A stretch of DNA of 62,978 nt, the filler included, from Octopus bimaculoides (Eukaryota): NCBI RefSeq assembly GCF_001194135.2. It is 8 parts of 8 records of this genome, joined end to end, with 100 filler letters (N's around TTAATTAATTAA, not from the genome) between each part and the next. Parts side by side here need not be neighbours in the genome. Positions count along the whole stretch, not along the records: positions 1 to 11,612 come from NC_068989.1; positions 11,713 to 20,638 come from NC_069003.1; positions 20,739 to 27,760 come from NC_068983.1; 5 more parts are not named here. One strand, given 5' to 3'. The notes under the pieces are model-generated. The model had not been told where the DNA came from and searched no databases. It saw only the letters and a list, made by a program, of their open reading frames with translations. Positions 10,743-24,329 of the stretch are shown one piece after another. The translations under genes were made by a program, and so were the position numbers. Each line of letters opens with the position of its first letter. Within the stretch, counting starts at the first letter, position 1.

Positions 10743-11612
10743 ACTTTTTCAGTCACAAAAACCGAGCGGTGTCGTTGCGAGCTTATAAGATAAACAATCT
10801 CTCATGTTATTTCAATCGTACGTTGGCTAGTACGGAAAAGAACAAAAAATAATAAGCAAAAACATATATAATATATATGTTTTTGTTCTTCAGTTTGCTC
10901 AAATGGTTGCAGTGGTCTCCACTAAAACACTCACGATAACTATTGTGGCAACAAACCGGACGACGTGTTAAAACTATCAGACATGTAGGCCATAGCCGCA
11001 TTTCAACATGAAACACGTAGAGCTGGAAGCAGTATCACGGTGCGTCCAATATGACGTTCTTACAATTCCGCTAAATCACCGTCTCGGATTTGTACGTTTT
11101 CTTATCTACCCCAAAATCGATAAAACGCGAATTTAACCTCGGTAAGATTTGAAATTATAACGAAGGGTGTCAGAACGAATACTGTGAAATATTCTATGGG
11201 ACTTTGTGACGGCTCTATCAATTTTCTGCATGAACGCATCTTTTATATTTTTTCTGTTGTTTGTTTCAGTCATTCGACTTGACGGGTTTTAGTCCCCAAA
11301 ATTGACATCGTTACTTATTCCTTTTTAATTTAGCCGAGTACTTATTTTATTGGTTTATTCTGCCGAACCGCTATCTTACAAGGAGCAAACACACCAACAC
11401 GAGTTGTAACGCGGTGGTGGGGGATAATCAAAAACAAAATCCCCCCCCCCCCACTTCCACCCATATAGTCACACATATATATACGGCGGACATCTTTCAG
11501 TTTTCACTTTTGAAATCCACTCACATGGTTTTTGTCGGCCCGGAGTTCTAGTAAAAGACATTGACCCCAGGAGTCACGCATAGTATGTATATATATATAT
11601 ATATATATATAT

Positions 11613-11712
11613 NNNNNNNNNNNNNNNNNNNNNNNNNNNNNNNNNNNNNNNNNNNNTTAATTAATTAANNNNNNNNNNNNNNNNNNNNNNNNNNNNNNNN
11701 NNNNNNNNNNNN
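11613..11712. other. artificial 100-nt joining spacer
   Basis: 44 N + TTAATTAATTAA (stops in all six frames) + 44 N. Confidence 0.95.
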
Positions 11713-11829
11713 TAAAGTTGCGATAACTACTTACAAATTGGTGACGCTGCGTTCGGTCATGTAAAAACAAATAGTAAATGAGTATATGCATATATACGTA
11801 CAGGTATGTGCATACCGACATCCACCTAC

Positions 11830-12230
11830 TCTTTTACTCTTTTACTTGTTTCAGTCATTTGACTGCGGCCATGCTGGAGCACCGCCTTTAGTCGAGCAAA
11901 TCGACCCCAGGACTTATTCTTTGTAAGCCTAGTACTTATTCTATCGGTCTCTTTTGCCAAACCGCTAAGTTACGGGGACGTAAACACACCAGCATCGGTT
12001 GTCAAGCGATGTTGGGGGCACAAACACAGACACACAAAAGACACACATACATATAATATACATATATACGACGGGCTTCTTTCAGTTTCCGTCTACAAAA
12101 TCTACTCACAAGGCTTTGGTCGGCTCGAGGCTATTGTAGAAGACACTTGCCCAAGGTGCCACGCATTGAGACTGAACCCGGAACCATGTGGTTGATAAGC
12201 AAGCTACTTACCATAAAGCCACTCCTACGC
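11830..12230 (-). mobile_element. full-length SINE family S1
   Basis: Reverse complement of the 3103-3480 element. Confidence 0.88.
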
Positions 12231-12728
12231 CTATATATATATATATAATTCCAAGGCGTGACAAGTGAAAAAGGCTATGTGCGGCTACATAGAATATAGG
12301 TATTCAAAGACCGATCTGAGAATGAATAAATATATTTTGTCGGCGCTAACGTTAATGGATTAAATGATTTTTATGTATATAATATACATTTGTGTTTCTG
12401 TGCGGGGCGCATGTGTGTATATGAGTGTGTGTAGGTACGCATGCATGCATGGATTGGCTTCTTGATTCTGCTGTTTACTGTAACTATCCTATCTCATGCC
12501 AAGCTGGAGCCTCGTTTTCAGATTTGAACGCAACACGCTCACACACACACACACACCATCACAAGCACAAATTTCGTATCGTCTGCCTCGAAGGATATCT
12601 TTGCGCATGTCTAGGGTTCTAGCATACGTATCGGCCTTTTTATTTTTTCTGTATACATAGCATCTCTAATTGGCTAAAACAAGGATTTATAGGCGGCGGT
12701 TCTGCTCTCGTTGCAGCATTTCCATTTA

Positions 12729-12791
<63 letters not shown>

Positions 12792-13109
12792 CTATAAATG
12801 GCTGATCCGGGACGTTTAAAAGGAGACGCGTCTAGATATCTTCGCAAATTCTCCGGGGAATAACTGGTAAACGTTTTTGGGAAGCAGTTTATATATATTT
12901 TTGTGGTTTTATAAATTCTAAACTGATGCAAAAGCTTTTCAGGAAGTTAGTTTTGCAGGGGGTAGGGGGCGGTTTCCACACTATACCCCCATACCTATAC
13001 CTTTTGTTTCTTCTCGCATATGCCAAAGAATATTCCTGATATATGTGTGTGTGTGTGCGCATGCGCGCGCGTGTATATATGTATGTATGTGTGTGTGTAT
13101 ATATATATC

Positions 13110-13143
<34 letters not shown>

Positions 13144-13836
13144 TACATACATATATACACACGCATATATATATATATATATATATATATGATAGTGCTT
13201 CGCTTCTTTAAAAAATTGTCTGTAGACAGATACTCATGCGCATGCAATCACCTTCATATATGGATACTCACGCGTACATATAGAAACAGAAACAAGGAAT
13301 ATATACGCGTGACTAGAGGACATTGACACAAACATTTGCATACATACACAGAGATAAGCCGTAACACACATACATACGTACATGTGTGNNNNNNNNNNNN
13401 NNNNNNNNNNNNNNNNNNNNNNNNNNNNNNNNNNNNNNNNNNNNNNNNNNNNNNNNNNNNNNNNNNNNNNNNNNNNNNNNNNNNNNNNNNNNNNNNNNNN
13501 NNNNNNNNNNNNNNNNNNNNNNNNNNNNNNNNNNNNNNNNNNNNNNNNNNNNNNNNNNNNNNNNNNNNNNNNNNNNNNNNNNNNNNNNNNNNNNNNNNNN
13601 NNNNNNNNNNNNNNNNNNNNNNNNNNNNNNNNNNNNNNNNNNNNNNNNNNNNNNNNNNNNNNNNNNNNNNNNNNNNNNNNNNNNNNNNNNNNNNNNNNNN
13701 NNNNNNNNNNNNNNNNNNNNNNNNNNNNNNNNNNNNNNNNNNNNNNNNNNNNNNNNNNNNNNNNNNNNNNNNNNNNNNNNNNNNNNNNNNNNNNNNNNNN
13801 ATATATAATCATAGTCCGGGAACAGCCGGTTGGTCC

Positions 13837-13892
13837 GATGCCACTGAAGAGGCTACGGCAAAAACCGAAACTGATCGATCAGTCTGGGAATG
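13837..13892 (+). ncRNA. type I hammerhead ribozyme motif (Penelope/retrozyme type)
   Basis: CCA-CTGAAGA-GG..CC-GAAA-CTGATCGATCAG-TC-TGG. Intact CUGANGA and GAAA core, palindromic stem III, GUC cleavage triplet (13882-13884), stem I CCA/TGG. Confidence 0.7.
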
Positions 13893-14264
13893 TCTCGACC
13901 GCTGTTTTTCAGCCGATTACGTTCCCTGTCAGCATGTATGCATACAACTATGTGCGTTGACTGCAACATTAGGACGTTTAGCTCTTATTTCTAGCAATGT
14001 AGGTGTTTCTAACACCCTCAGTTATGTTTGATGACGGTTGTAGTTTTCCTTTTTGGTACACATTTGCTTACTGCTGTTCGAAATGAGGAGTAGATAGACA
14101 GCCGACAACTGATGAAGGGTCTTTTCTCTGTGTTTACTTATCCTGTTCTCCATTTTTTCTCGTTTATGTATTTAACCCGTTTGTTTACGTATTTCGTGTT
14201 GTTTGAACCGTTGGTGATGTCCTCTACCCATATATGCATGTGTGTGTGTATATATTGGCACTGG

Positions 14265-14530
14265 TGTTCCACTGGTTACGACGATGAGCGTGCCAGTTGA
14301 TCGGATCAACGAACAGCCTGCTCGTGAAATTAACATACAAGTGACTGAGCATTCCACAGAGAGTAGTTGTCAGGCAGATTCAGTGTGACATAGAACGTGA
14401 CAAGGCTGGCCATTTGAATTACAAGTTCTACTCAGTTTCGCCAGCTGAGTGGATTGGAGCAACGAGAAATAAAGTGTCTTGCTCAAGGAAATAAAGTGAG
14501 TCGAATACCCCTAACTACTAAGCTAAACGC
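14265..14530 (-). mobile_element. SINE family S3
   Basis: Homologous to 8500-8790. Confidence 0.7.
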
Positions 14531-14546
14531 TTTCACTCTCTCTGTC

Positions 14547-14577
<31 letters not shown>

Positions 14578-14613
14578 CTATCTCTATCTGTCTGTCTGTC
14601 TGCCTATCTATCC

Positions 14614-14659
<46 letters not shown>

Positions 14660-14699
14660 TTACACATACATGCATGCATGTGTGTGTGTGTGTGTGCGT

Positions 14700-14900
14700 G
14701 TAGGACCAGCTATTGCAACAGCTTCGTTTCTAAGGGCCTACAGCACTTCAATATCCTTCCAAAGTGCCTGAAAGAGATGCATGTTGTGGATGTAGGCAAC
14801 TTCAAAACAAAACTGGATCTCCTCCTGTCAAAGTTTCCTCGCGGCAGGAAACACACATGAAGGCAGCAGCATCGATCTCCTCATTCACCAAATGCCGCAT
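14700..14900 (+). mobile_element. CR1/L2-group LINE 3' coding remnant
   Basis: RTSYCNSFVSKGLQHFNILPKCLKEMHVVDVGNFKTKLDLLL matches the NSF..R...FN.LP......FK.KLD C-terminal pattern. Confidence 0.65.
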
Positions 14901-15162
14901 ATCAGAGGAGGTTTCAAATAATAGAGGTATTGCAAAACCAAAAGATATAATTATTTGTAGGATTCATTTGAATCAAGGTATTTTCATAAGAAGAACACTA
15001 AACCAGGGTCGAGATTAGCCTATCCGTGCTGATAGCATATACGGACACTCACGCACATATCAGTGCATCTATGGACGTGTCCTAACACTTATATATACAT
15101 GCACATGAGCTCTATATCAAGATATGGAATGTGTGGTGACCTTCCTGTTTGGCAACACTTGC

Positions 15163-15195
<33 letters not shown>

Positions 15196-15267
15196 TGTAT
15201 GTATGCATGTATGTATGTATGCTTGCATGTATGTATGATGGCATGCATACATGTATGTATGCATGTA

Positions 15268-16525
15268 CAGGGTGCGTAAAATATTTTAGGGCAGATTTAT
15301 GCTTATAAAAGACAGATATATAATAACAGATAATAACTTTATTTATCAAAAAATTCTATGAGGATAAAAATAAACCTTCTTTTCTATAATCTTATTCAAT
15401 AAAGTCATCTTCAGCTTCAACAACTGCTTCTATATGAGATCCAAATCATCTCCATGCTAGAATCAAGTGGTCTTGGTTCATTTTGGACATTACTCTGACT
15501 ATGGCAGCTTTCAAAGAATCTTTGGTGTTATGGGCATGTTCATTGACCTTTCTCTCAACAACGCTCCAATAGTCCAATGGATTCAGATCTGGGTAATTAG
15601 GAAGTCAAATGTTAGGAGTAATGTGATCATGAAAATTTTCAGCCATCCATATCTGTGTTACTAGAGTCATGTGTGATAGTGCAGAGTCTTACTGAAACAC
15701 ACATGGCCTTCCATTGCATATACTGTCTATCCAGGGCTTAACAATTGTTTCCAGGACCTCAATGTAGGCAGAAGCATTAACTCTAAAGCCTTGTGGAAAG
15801 AAGTAAGGAGGCATCACATGTCCTTCATTGCTGACAACCCCTAAAACCATGACAGTTGCAGGAAATTTTGTATGCATAACACTTGGAACTTCAGAAGGGT
15901 CTGCACATAACTATCTGCCATTTCTTCTTTTAACTTTTTGATCTTGGTCGAAGTTTTTCGCATTTAAGAAAAGTCAAATCAAATCTATTTCTGCTGGATT
16001 TTTCAGTTTGTTTAAGAGCCTTTTAGATATGGTATAGTGATTTTCTTTTGCTTTTTCAGATAAATTGACCTTTCATCATATAAGACTTGTGTCTGATGTC
16101 TTCATGGACATTTCTGAATGTTCCTTCTGACACATGGAGATCTTTTGCAATTGACCTTATGGACTTTCTGGGATTGTAATCAATGGTCTGTTGAACTTAC
16201 AGGATAAATTCAGGTGTTCTGGTGATTTCAGAGTGTTTAGAATGCTTTTTATGCTTTGATACTGGTGACACGTTTCCATCTTCAGTCTCTGACTCCTTAC
16301 AAACCTTGTAGACGAAAGATCTGGCAACTTTTAAAAATCGAAATATTTCTAAATCGCTATGCTCAGCCTTTATAACCACAATAACAGCATGTTTCTTCGT
16401 TTCTTGAGTAAGCTGAGGGTCTGCCATTATTATTTTCTGAAACAAAGATTATACAGAGTGAGTAAAAAATGCAGCAATAACCCCCCCCAAAAAAAGGTAT
16501 GCCCTCAAATACCTTACACATCCTG
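15268..16525 (-). mobile_element. full-length degenerate maT (DD37D-like) Tc1/mariner transposon
   Basis: TIRs CAGGGTGCGTAAAATATTTTAGGGC and CAGGATGTGTAAGGTATTTGAGGGC with TA on both sides. Transposase remnants KKHAVIV...ARSFVYKV, TKFPATVMVLGVVSNEGHVMPPYFF and PNYPDLNPLDYWSV, with frameshifts. Confidence 0.88.
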
Positions 16526-16629
16526 TATATATATGCATGTGTGTATGTATGTTATTATGCATGTATGTGTATGTATGTATATCATGTATGTATCTGTATG
16601 TATGTAAGTATGTATGTATGTACGTATGT

Positions 16630-16860
16630 TATTTCTTTACTACCCACAAGGGGCTACACACAGAAGGGACAAACAAGGACAGACAAACGGATTAAGTCGA
16701 TTACATCGACCCCAGTGCGTAACTGGTGCTTATTTAATCGACCCCGAAAGGATGAAAGGCAAAGTCGACCTCCGCGGAATTTGAACTCAGAACGTTGCGG
16801 CAGACGAAATACCGCTAAGCATTTCGCCCGGCGTGCTAACGTTTCTGCCAGCTCGCTGCC
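16630..16860 (-). mobile_element. SINE family S2, young CpG-intact copy
   Basis: Close match to the S2 head, central domain and tail on the minus strand. Confidence 0.88.
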
Positions 16861-17193
16861 TTATGTATATCATGTATGTATGTGTGTGTATGTATGTATG
16901 TATGTATGTATGTATGTATTATGTGTTTGTATGTATGTACGTATGTGTATGTACATATGTATGTATGCACGCAGCTATGCATGTATGTATATAATTCATA
17001 GACGTGATCCAAATGTTCTCAGTATAGAATACTCTTAGTAGAACTCAAAATATTCAAACTTGGGCGGGTATAGAAGAAAATGTGGGGATAAGCAAATTTG
17101 GCAGATCAATATATAAAGTATATTATATACACGAAATACAAAGTTTGTATATATGTATACATATAAAAGATCCGATTATTTCGATGGTAGATA

Positions 17194-17405
17194 CGAAAGA
17201 GTACTGACAAGTTTCTGGCTTTAGGTAAAAGAAAATACAGGAGGATCAGTTAATTATGATTTTATGAAATATATTCCCCTTTCCGATTCACACATTTGTT
17301 GTAGCGGTTCTTCAGCTTCTGTAAGACCTGAACTCGGAAGGTTAGGCTTCCAACCAAGCCTTTCGCGATACCCTTAAAACTATGAACTTTTACAGCACTC
17401 ACTTG
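17194..17405. mobile_element. mariner-derived MITE
   Basis: Ends TACGAAAGAGTACTGACAAGTTTCTGG and GAACTTTTACAGCACTCACTTGTA. Same family as the copies at 44791-45625. Confidence 0.7.
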
Positions 17406-17474
17406 TATATAACAACAATAGGTAGCATGGTAGGCAGAGCATACTCTTCGCGTTAACATGTTAATAATACAAAA

Positions 17475-17543
<69 letters not shown>

Positions 17544-17949
17544 GAGATAATGAGAGAGAGAGAGAGAACTCATAGGGAATGGGAAGAGTAAAATTTAAAT
17601 AATAAAAGTTAATTAGAAGCAAGAAGAACAAGCAAGCATGGTTGAGGGGAATATGCTCAAATTTGACTTCTCTCGCGGTAAGCTTAACTGAAGATGGGAT
17701 AAGAATGTATAATTCAAAATCCGAAACCGGTATTAAACTTTCTACCATTTCCTCTGCGACCTTCGCAAGGGTAGGAGACTAATTTTTAATTCTTATTTCT
17801 TGCTCATTTTGCACCAGACCTGTTCATAAGTTGAGCTCTCTGTGGTTTCCGATGTCATTAGACTTCTATTTCTAGCAAAGCTGGTAAACTTCCAGTACCA
17901 TTATATATATACCGTCACAGTAGATTCTATATTTCCTAGGCGCAAGCGT

Positions 17950-18335
17950 GCCTGTGTGGTAAGAAGCTTGCTTTCTAACCACACGGTTCCAAGTTCAGTC
18001 CCACTGAGTGGCACCTTGGGCAGGTATCTTCTACTATTGCCCACCAACGACCTCTGAGTAGATTTGTTAGACAGAAACTGGAAGAAGCCCGTCATGTATA
18101 TGGGTATATATATATATATATATGCGTCTGTTTTTTTGTCTGTGTCCCGCCAGCGCTTGTCAACAGGTGTTGGTGTGTTTTCGTCCTTGTAACTTAGTGG
18201 CTTGGCAAAAGATAAAGATAGAATAAGTACTAAGCTTAAAAAGAAAAAAATAAGTCCTGGGGTCGATTTGTTCGACTAAAACCCTCAAGGCGGTGCCCCG
18301 CCATGGCCGCAGTCTTATGATTGAAACAAGTACTA
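17950..18335 (+). mobile_element. SINE family S1
   Basis: Head, internal (TA)n and tail all present. Confidence 0.82.
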
Positions 18336-19106
18336 TATATAGAGAGAGAGATATATATATATATATATTAACATTAGCGGTATTTGAACTCATACCGCAC
18401 AGAGCCTGAGCAAATGCCGCAAAGCAATTAGACACTGTAACCATGTTGCCAGTTCACTGCCCTAAACATGGATAAAATAACACAGCAGTGAATAAAATAA
18501 ATGGATAAGTGAATCAGCATTTTTGGCGTGTTTCCAAGACACTATTTATTGATGATTAATGATTACAAAGAGTAATGAATGATGATTGTTCATCACCATC
18601 TGCGTGCATTCCTAACATAGTATATAACTTTGCAGGTTTGAATTCTAATTCCACCTCACATGCCTACCTTCGCCCACTCAAGGACACTCGCACTCGGCAC
18701 ATACTCACATGCGCATACTTATGCTCATAAGCTGTACTCTGAAGCGGTATACATGTCTCGGTAAACCTATTTCTACTGTGCATCCAGACGTGAGCCCATA
18801 CATAAGCATTTCGTCAAGTGATACCTCACTTCGTCGGAGGTTTGGCCATTCGGGCATGAAACACGTGTACAGCTTGCATTTAAGGAGCCGGAATATTTGT
18901 TTTATTATTACTGTGTGCGTGTGAGTCGGTGGTGGGGTGCGCGCGCGTGTGTGGGTATGTGTCTGGGAATGAATTTGAAAAAATATAAACTGTACAGAAT
19001 CCCACCATATATATGTCTGTATGTGTGTGTGTGTGCACGCGTGTATGCAGAAACGGAAAAAGGCAAGCTGCAAATAGATTTACAAAAAACACACCTATTA
19101 TATATA

Positions 19107-19725
19107 CAGGGGTTGGACAAAATAATGGAAACACCTAGCGTCATAGCATCATAATTTTTAAATATTTATAAAACCGTCAAAACCTTGTTCATTTTTATGT
19201 TTTTTGATTTATTATTAGTGTTGCTTAATATGTTTTGCTAAAATTGCTGTTTCTTTTAAGATATCATCAGAAAAAGGTAATTAAAATTCATTAAAATGAC
19301 AGATCTATCGGACTTTCAAAGAGGTCAAATTGTTGGTGCTCGTATGGCAGGCACTAGCGTAACGAAAACAGCCGAAATGTTTGGTGTATCAAGAAGTACT
19401 GTCTCGAAAGTAATACCAGCCTTTGAGAAAGAGGGAAAAGCTCTTCGTCGAAACAAAACACCGAAAGAAAACCAAAACTTTCAGATAGGGACCGTCGGAC
19501 TCTTACGCGAATTGTTAGAAAGGATCACAAAAGTACAGCTCCCAAAATTACTGCAGAGATTAATGACCACCTTGAGAACCTAGTTTCCACAAAAATTGTT
19601 CGCTGGGAGCTGCACAAAGCCGGATATCACGGGAGGGTTGCAATCACAAAACCACTACTTTCAAAAGAAAACGTTGCAAAGCGTTTAGAGTGGAGTAAAA
19701 ACCTACAGAATTGGTCCCTAGAGCA
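19107..19725 (+). mobile_element. 5' half of a Tc1-like transposon
   Basis: TA followed by TIR-like CAGGGGTTGGACAAAATAATGGAAAC. ORF MTDLSDFQRGQIVGARMAGTSVTKTAEMFGVSRSTVSKV (paired-type HTH), then KPLLSKENVAKRLEW. Truncated by an S1 SINE fragment. Confidence 0.88.
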
Positions 19726-19824
19726 ACACATGGCTCTGGATTCGGTCCCACTGCGTGTTACCTTGGGCAAGTATCTTCTACTATAGCTTCGGGCCGACCA
19801 AAGCCTTTTGAGTGGATTGACATG

Positions 19825-20062
19825 AACATACCTTGTGATCATAATATCTCAACAAAAGCATTTAATGAGCTCAGAAAATATAAAGATTTGCTGATTGAAA
19901 TCGAAGAGATGTGGAATCTCAAGATGATTACAATACCAGTGATTGTAGTAGCAGTTGGAATGATCGAAAAAGGAACAGAAAATTATTTCAGGATAATCCA
20001 TGCAAGAAGTACAAAAGATTGTCTTAACTGGAACGTCACACGCATTTAGAAGAGCGTTGTCG
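19825..20062 (+). mobile_element. R4-type retrotransposon 3' coding remnant
   Basis: DMNIPCDHNISTKAFNELRKYKDLLIEIEEMWNLKMITIPVIVVAVG. Confidence 0.75.
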
Positions 20063-20313
20063 CTGCCAATTTTCTTTCCTTTTTTCCGCTTTATTTTCTT
20101 TCTTTTCCTTTTTCCGTTTTTTCTTCTGTCCTTTTTGTTTCTTTCTTCCCACCTTTTTTTTTCTACCACATGACTTTGCAAATGAACAATCTGGCGTGTT
20201 TATTTTAATGGCCCACCAATGTATATAGTGAGTGTATTTTCCCTAGGTGTCGGAAGACGCTCGACAAGAAATGGAAACAAAATTGAAAGAGGATAATGAT
20301 GATGATGATAATC

Positions 20314-20359
<46 letters not shown>

Positions 20360-20360
<1 letters not shown>

Positions 20361-20625
20361 CGTATCTGTCAAGACCTACCAAAAACTGAGTAAATATAAA
20401 GATCTTGAAATAGAAATTAGCAAAATGTGGAATCTGAAGACGAAAACAATACCTATTGTCATAGGTGCCCTGGGAATGACAGCGAAACGGGCTGATTACT
20501 ACCTAGCTCAGATACCAGGAAACCCCAAAATGGCTGAAGTTCAAAAGATAGTGCTCATGGGAACTTCCCATATCCTACGTAAAATACTGTCTATGTGATC
20601 TCAAATTTCTGGCCTTGTATGAAAA
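20360..20625 (+). mobile_element. R4/Dong-type 3' end within (TAA)n
   Basis: NVSVKTYQKLSKYKDLEIEISKMWNLKTKTIPIVIGALG...VQKIVLMGTSHILRKILSM*, with TAA repeats on both sides. Confidence 0.88.
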
Positions 20626-20638
20626 TAATAATAATAAT

Positions 20639-20738
20639 NNNNNNNNNNNNNNNNNNNNNNNNNNNNNNNNNNNNNNNNNNNNTTAATTAATTAANNNNNN
20701 NNNNNNNNNNNNNNNNNNNNNNNNNNNNNNNNNNNNNN
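20639..20738. other. artificial 100-nt joining spacer
   Basis: 44 N + TTAATTAATTAA + 44 N. Confidence 0.95.
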
Positions 20739-23700
20739 ATATATATATAATTAAATATTAACTGAAATAATTATATACCCCAATACATTGACTGTAATTA
20801 CAATTTGTCTAATAAGTGTAATGAGCCAAACTTAAAGCTTTTATACAAAATGATGACTAAATAATTTTCTATGTATGCAATTAAGTAGCTTCGTGAATAT
20901 TGATAAAAAATTAGTTACAGTTGGAATATTTGCTATATAATTTAATATATTAAATTATAAGATAATTATTAATATAAATAATTGTATTAAAATGATGCTC
21001 TTATGCGTTTACGTCAAAAGTATATATCAAATTAGGAAGTAGATTAAGTGTGTGTAGATTCATGGCGTAAATCGTAACAGCATGTGCAATAATGAAAGGC
21101 GTTGGCTAGTATAGGTCTAGATATGCTGAATTTTTTTGCGGGGCGGGGGAGGAGGAATACCATACTTTATATCTATGCACGCTCAGTCTGATTTATGACT
21201 GTATATTAGTAATGACAACATATGTATGTTTTATTTATTGGAGTATCTATGTTGGCAGTAATTTTAACAGTTTTCTCGTTATTCAAGTAGTCTACAATGC
21301 AATTTTCATCAAAATTGTATATCATTGTTTTCCTTGGTAGAGAGGCAGATTGCATGCTTGGTGGCGTAAATCAGTACGTTATTTCAGTCTTTAAATGGTA
21401 GTGTGAGTCGCGTCAGTCTTTTATATAGGCCTGCCGAGCATGTAGAAACTACTTCATCGATTCAATATGTTGTCAGCACACGAAGGGAAATGAACATAAC
21501 ATTTTAAGCTATTTCTGAAGGCAATAGCTCAAAATTTCCAATTCTTTTACTCGTGTAGTTGGAATCTTTAGACACCTGACGGCTTGTAACTCAAATGCAT
21601 CAATGCACATCACACAAATCTAATTTTCCATCATTCAAATTTCTATATAATACTAATTTAAAGAAATGTAAGACAATAAGAGATCGTGTTATATAATCGC
21701 CTCTTCATCAATATTATATGCATTAGTTTTGATATAAATATTTGAGGTCCCACATGATTTAATAATCCGAGAATAAATATCGACGTGCGACATAACAAGG
21801 CTCTAAAAGTTAGCTCTGCAAAGCGGCATTTAATGAGTTTCAAACCCCAAGCACAACCATGGATGATATCGATGATGGTAATGATAATTATGATGCTGAT
21901 GATGACGATAATGATAATGGTAATGGTGGTGGTGGTGTTTATTGTGTTAATTGTAATAATTATAATGTCGACGCTAATACAGGAGGAAATATTTACATGC
22001 ATGTAAATTATAGTTGCATGAATATTTTGGAAATTTGCGGACATAAATGCGTACATTAGATTCATAAAATAACTTACACTCAGATTACATTTACCATTTT
22101 AAAACATTCAATGTGTATTTGATTTCTTGTTTCTAATAATCGGCAAAATTAAACACTTAGGATGTTACAAATAAGGCTGATTTTTAAATTGCCTCCACGC
22201 TCGAAATAAATTAAAGATGTGTGTCTGTGTATGTAATTTTTACATTGATTTAGAGAAGCAAAATGAACAATGGAGAACTACACGCAAATTTGGCAAAAGT
22301 TATAATGGGATACAGATACTATTGGGCTGTCAAATACGGTTTTGAACAACTTGATAATGTTAACATATGTGACCCATTACATCGAAAGCGTAAACAAAGA
22401 CAGACTCTTTGATTTGTTACAAACTTCTAGCTCTGGCGGACGGGACAACATTTCGAAAGCGGCATCCCAGAATGCCCTGCGTCAATGACAGGTGTGTGTT
22501 GATCACATCTGAGAGTGTAAAACACAGATATTATTCCCCTCAGACATACATTACAATACCGATCATTTTTTCTACCTGAATCTGCGTAAATATGTGATGG
22601 AGATATCTGCAAATATTCATTTCTGATCATACTGAGGATGGTGCAAGCAAGGACAATTTCTTTGTTTCATATAATGTTTAATTTGAATTTGTATGTGACA
22701 CTGTTTTCTGGGATTAACTACGAGAGACGTACATTTAGAAACATGCATGTTTTCAAGGATATTTTCACAGTACACACACTAACGCAGGCACATACACACA
22801 CACACACACGGCGCGCGCACGCACATATGTATGTGTATATATACGTACATGTGTATATACATATAAATAAATAATAATATCAAAATTTCAACATTGTTGA
22901 GTAAATGAATATCATTGTTTATTCCTTACAACACTCTAGAAAGCAAAAAAAATTGGTAGTAATTTCTTTCTAATTTGCTTACTTCATTTGCTGTTTATCC
23001 AATATTGTTTGTTGCAGTAGACAAGCAAATCAAACCAGCGAGATAAAGCTTCAGAAGAAGTTCGCAAAAACAACAACTGTAGATAAGTAAAGGAACGTTA
23101 CAAAGCCGACACAACACGTCCACAATAATCACAACTGCTCTGGCAGTGAAATCGACATTCTTGTTAAAACATGGCCTATTTTTTCTCAAAATGTAAATAT
23201 CCATGATTCATATATAAATGTGATTGCCCAAAAAGTTGTGCACCTTTTTATTGTAGAGAGACAAATTGAAACCAAATTGAAATCAACCTGAAACAAATAA
23301 CGACTTCATATAGCACTGTAATTAACCACGTTGATAAATTCGCTACGATCTTCCAAATAGTCACAGCCCGCAATAAGCAACAGCAATAAAATGAACTAAG
23401 ACAACAACCACAACTACCATATCAGCAAAAATAAAAGAAATAAAGATTAAGAAAACCGCAATCACTATTACCACAGCAGAAACAACAACTACAACGACGA
23501 CCGCAGTAAAACAATGTAACTTTTCTCTTTGGCTACGACTTTTCAATTTCTTCAATTTATGTTCGAATTGAATTCATATTTGGCGTATTCGTGTAGTTTT
23601 GTAAGGTATTTATTTACATGAAATTCATTTTCTCCATAAATCTGCGGTGATATATTCTGACCAAATCGCACGAGGAGATTTTTAGGCGGGCAATTTAAAC

Positions 23701-23807
23701 TGGTCATGTGCATACATGCATATATATGTATGTATACATTCGTATATGTAAGTATATCGTACGTTTTATATAAATATGTTTGTATTTATGTGCTTTTCCG
23801 TGTATAT

Positions 23808-23860
23808 TCCACTGATGAGACAAAGCATTTCTTATGCAGAGCCAGAAATCCGGGATGTGC
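23808..23860 (+). ncRNA. degenerate hammerhead-like motif
   Basis: CCA-CTGATGA-GAC..GCAT/ATGC..GCC-A-GAAA-TCCGGGA-TG-TG. The core is recognisable but G17 and the extra A make activity doubtful. Confidence 0.4.
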
Positions 23861-24329
23861 AATTATCCAGTAACTTTTGCTAGTTTATTTTGTCTCTTCG
23901 TCTTCTCTCACGGTGCTATATAAACAATTATTGTGGTTTTAGTCACGCTTTGGCTGCTATTTTGAGCGTGGTGGCGTCTCTTAAATACCCTAAATTATAA
24001 TTATAATAATTATTACCTATGATGGTTTTTATTCCTATGCTGGCCACTTGATGAAATCGATATTTCAAATATTGATTTATCCTCATTTATATAAATTTAT
24101 ATATTTACTTCGTCATTATATTTACAGCGGTGATATATTCTGACCATATCGCAAGAGGAGATTTTAGGTGGGTAATATAAACTAGTCGAGTGCATACGTG
24201 CATGTATATGTATGTATACGTTCGTATGTTGTATATATATGTATATACGTTTGTGTGTGTGTGTATGTGTGTTTGTGTGTGTCTGTATGTATATATATAT
24301 AGACACACACACATATATATATATTGATA

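Noticed and set aside
18820-18875. GAAA-CACGTG-TA-CAG hammerhead-like stem III
   Set aside because: The upstream CUGANGA core and stem I are not preserved; at best a dead relic.
22995-23204. Hydrophobic Cys-rich minus-strand ORF (AVVIIVDVLCRLCNVPLLIYSCCFCELLLK...)
   Set aside because: No family recognised, only a weak acceptor and no partner exon; compatible with chance in T-rich sequence.
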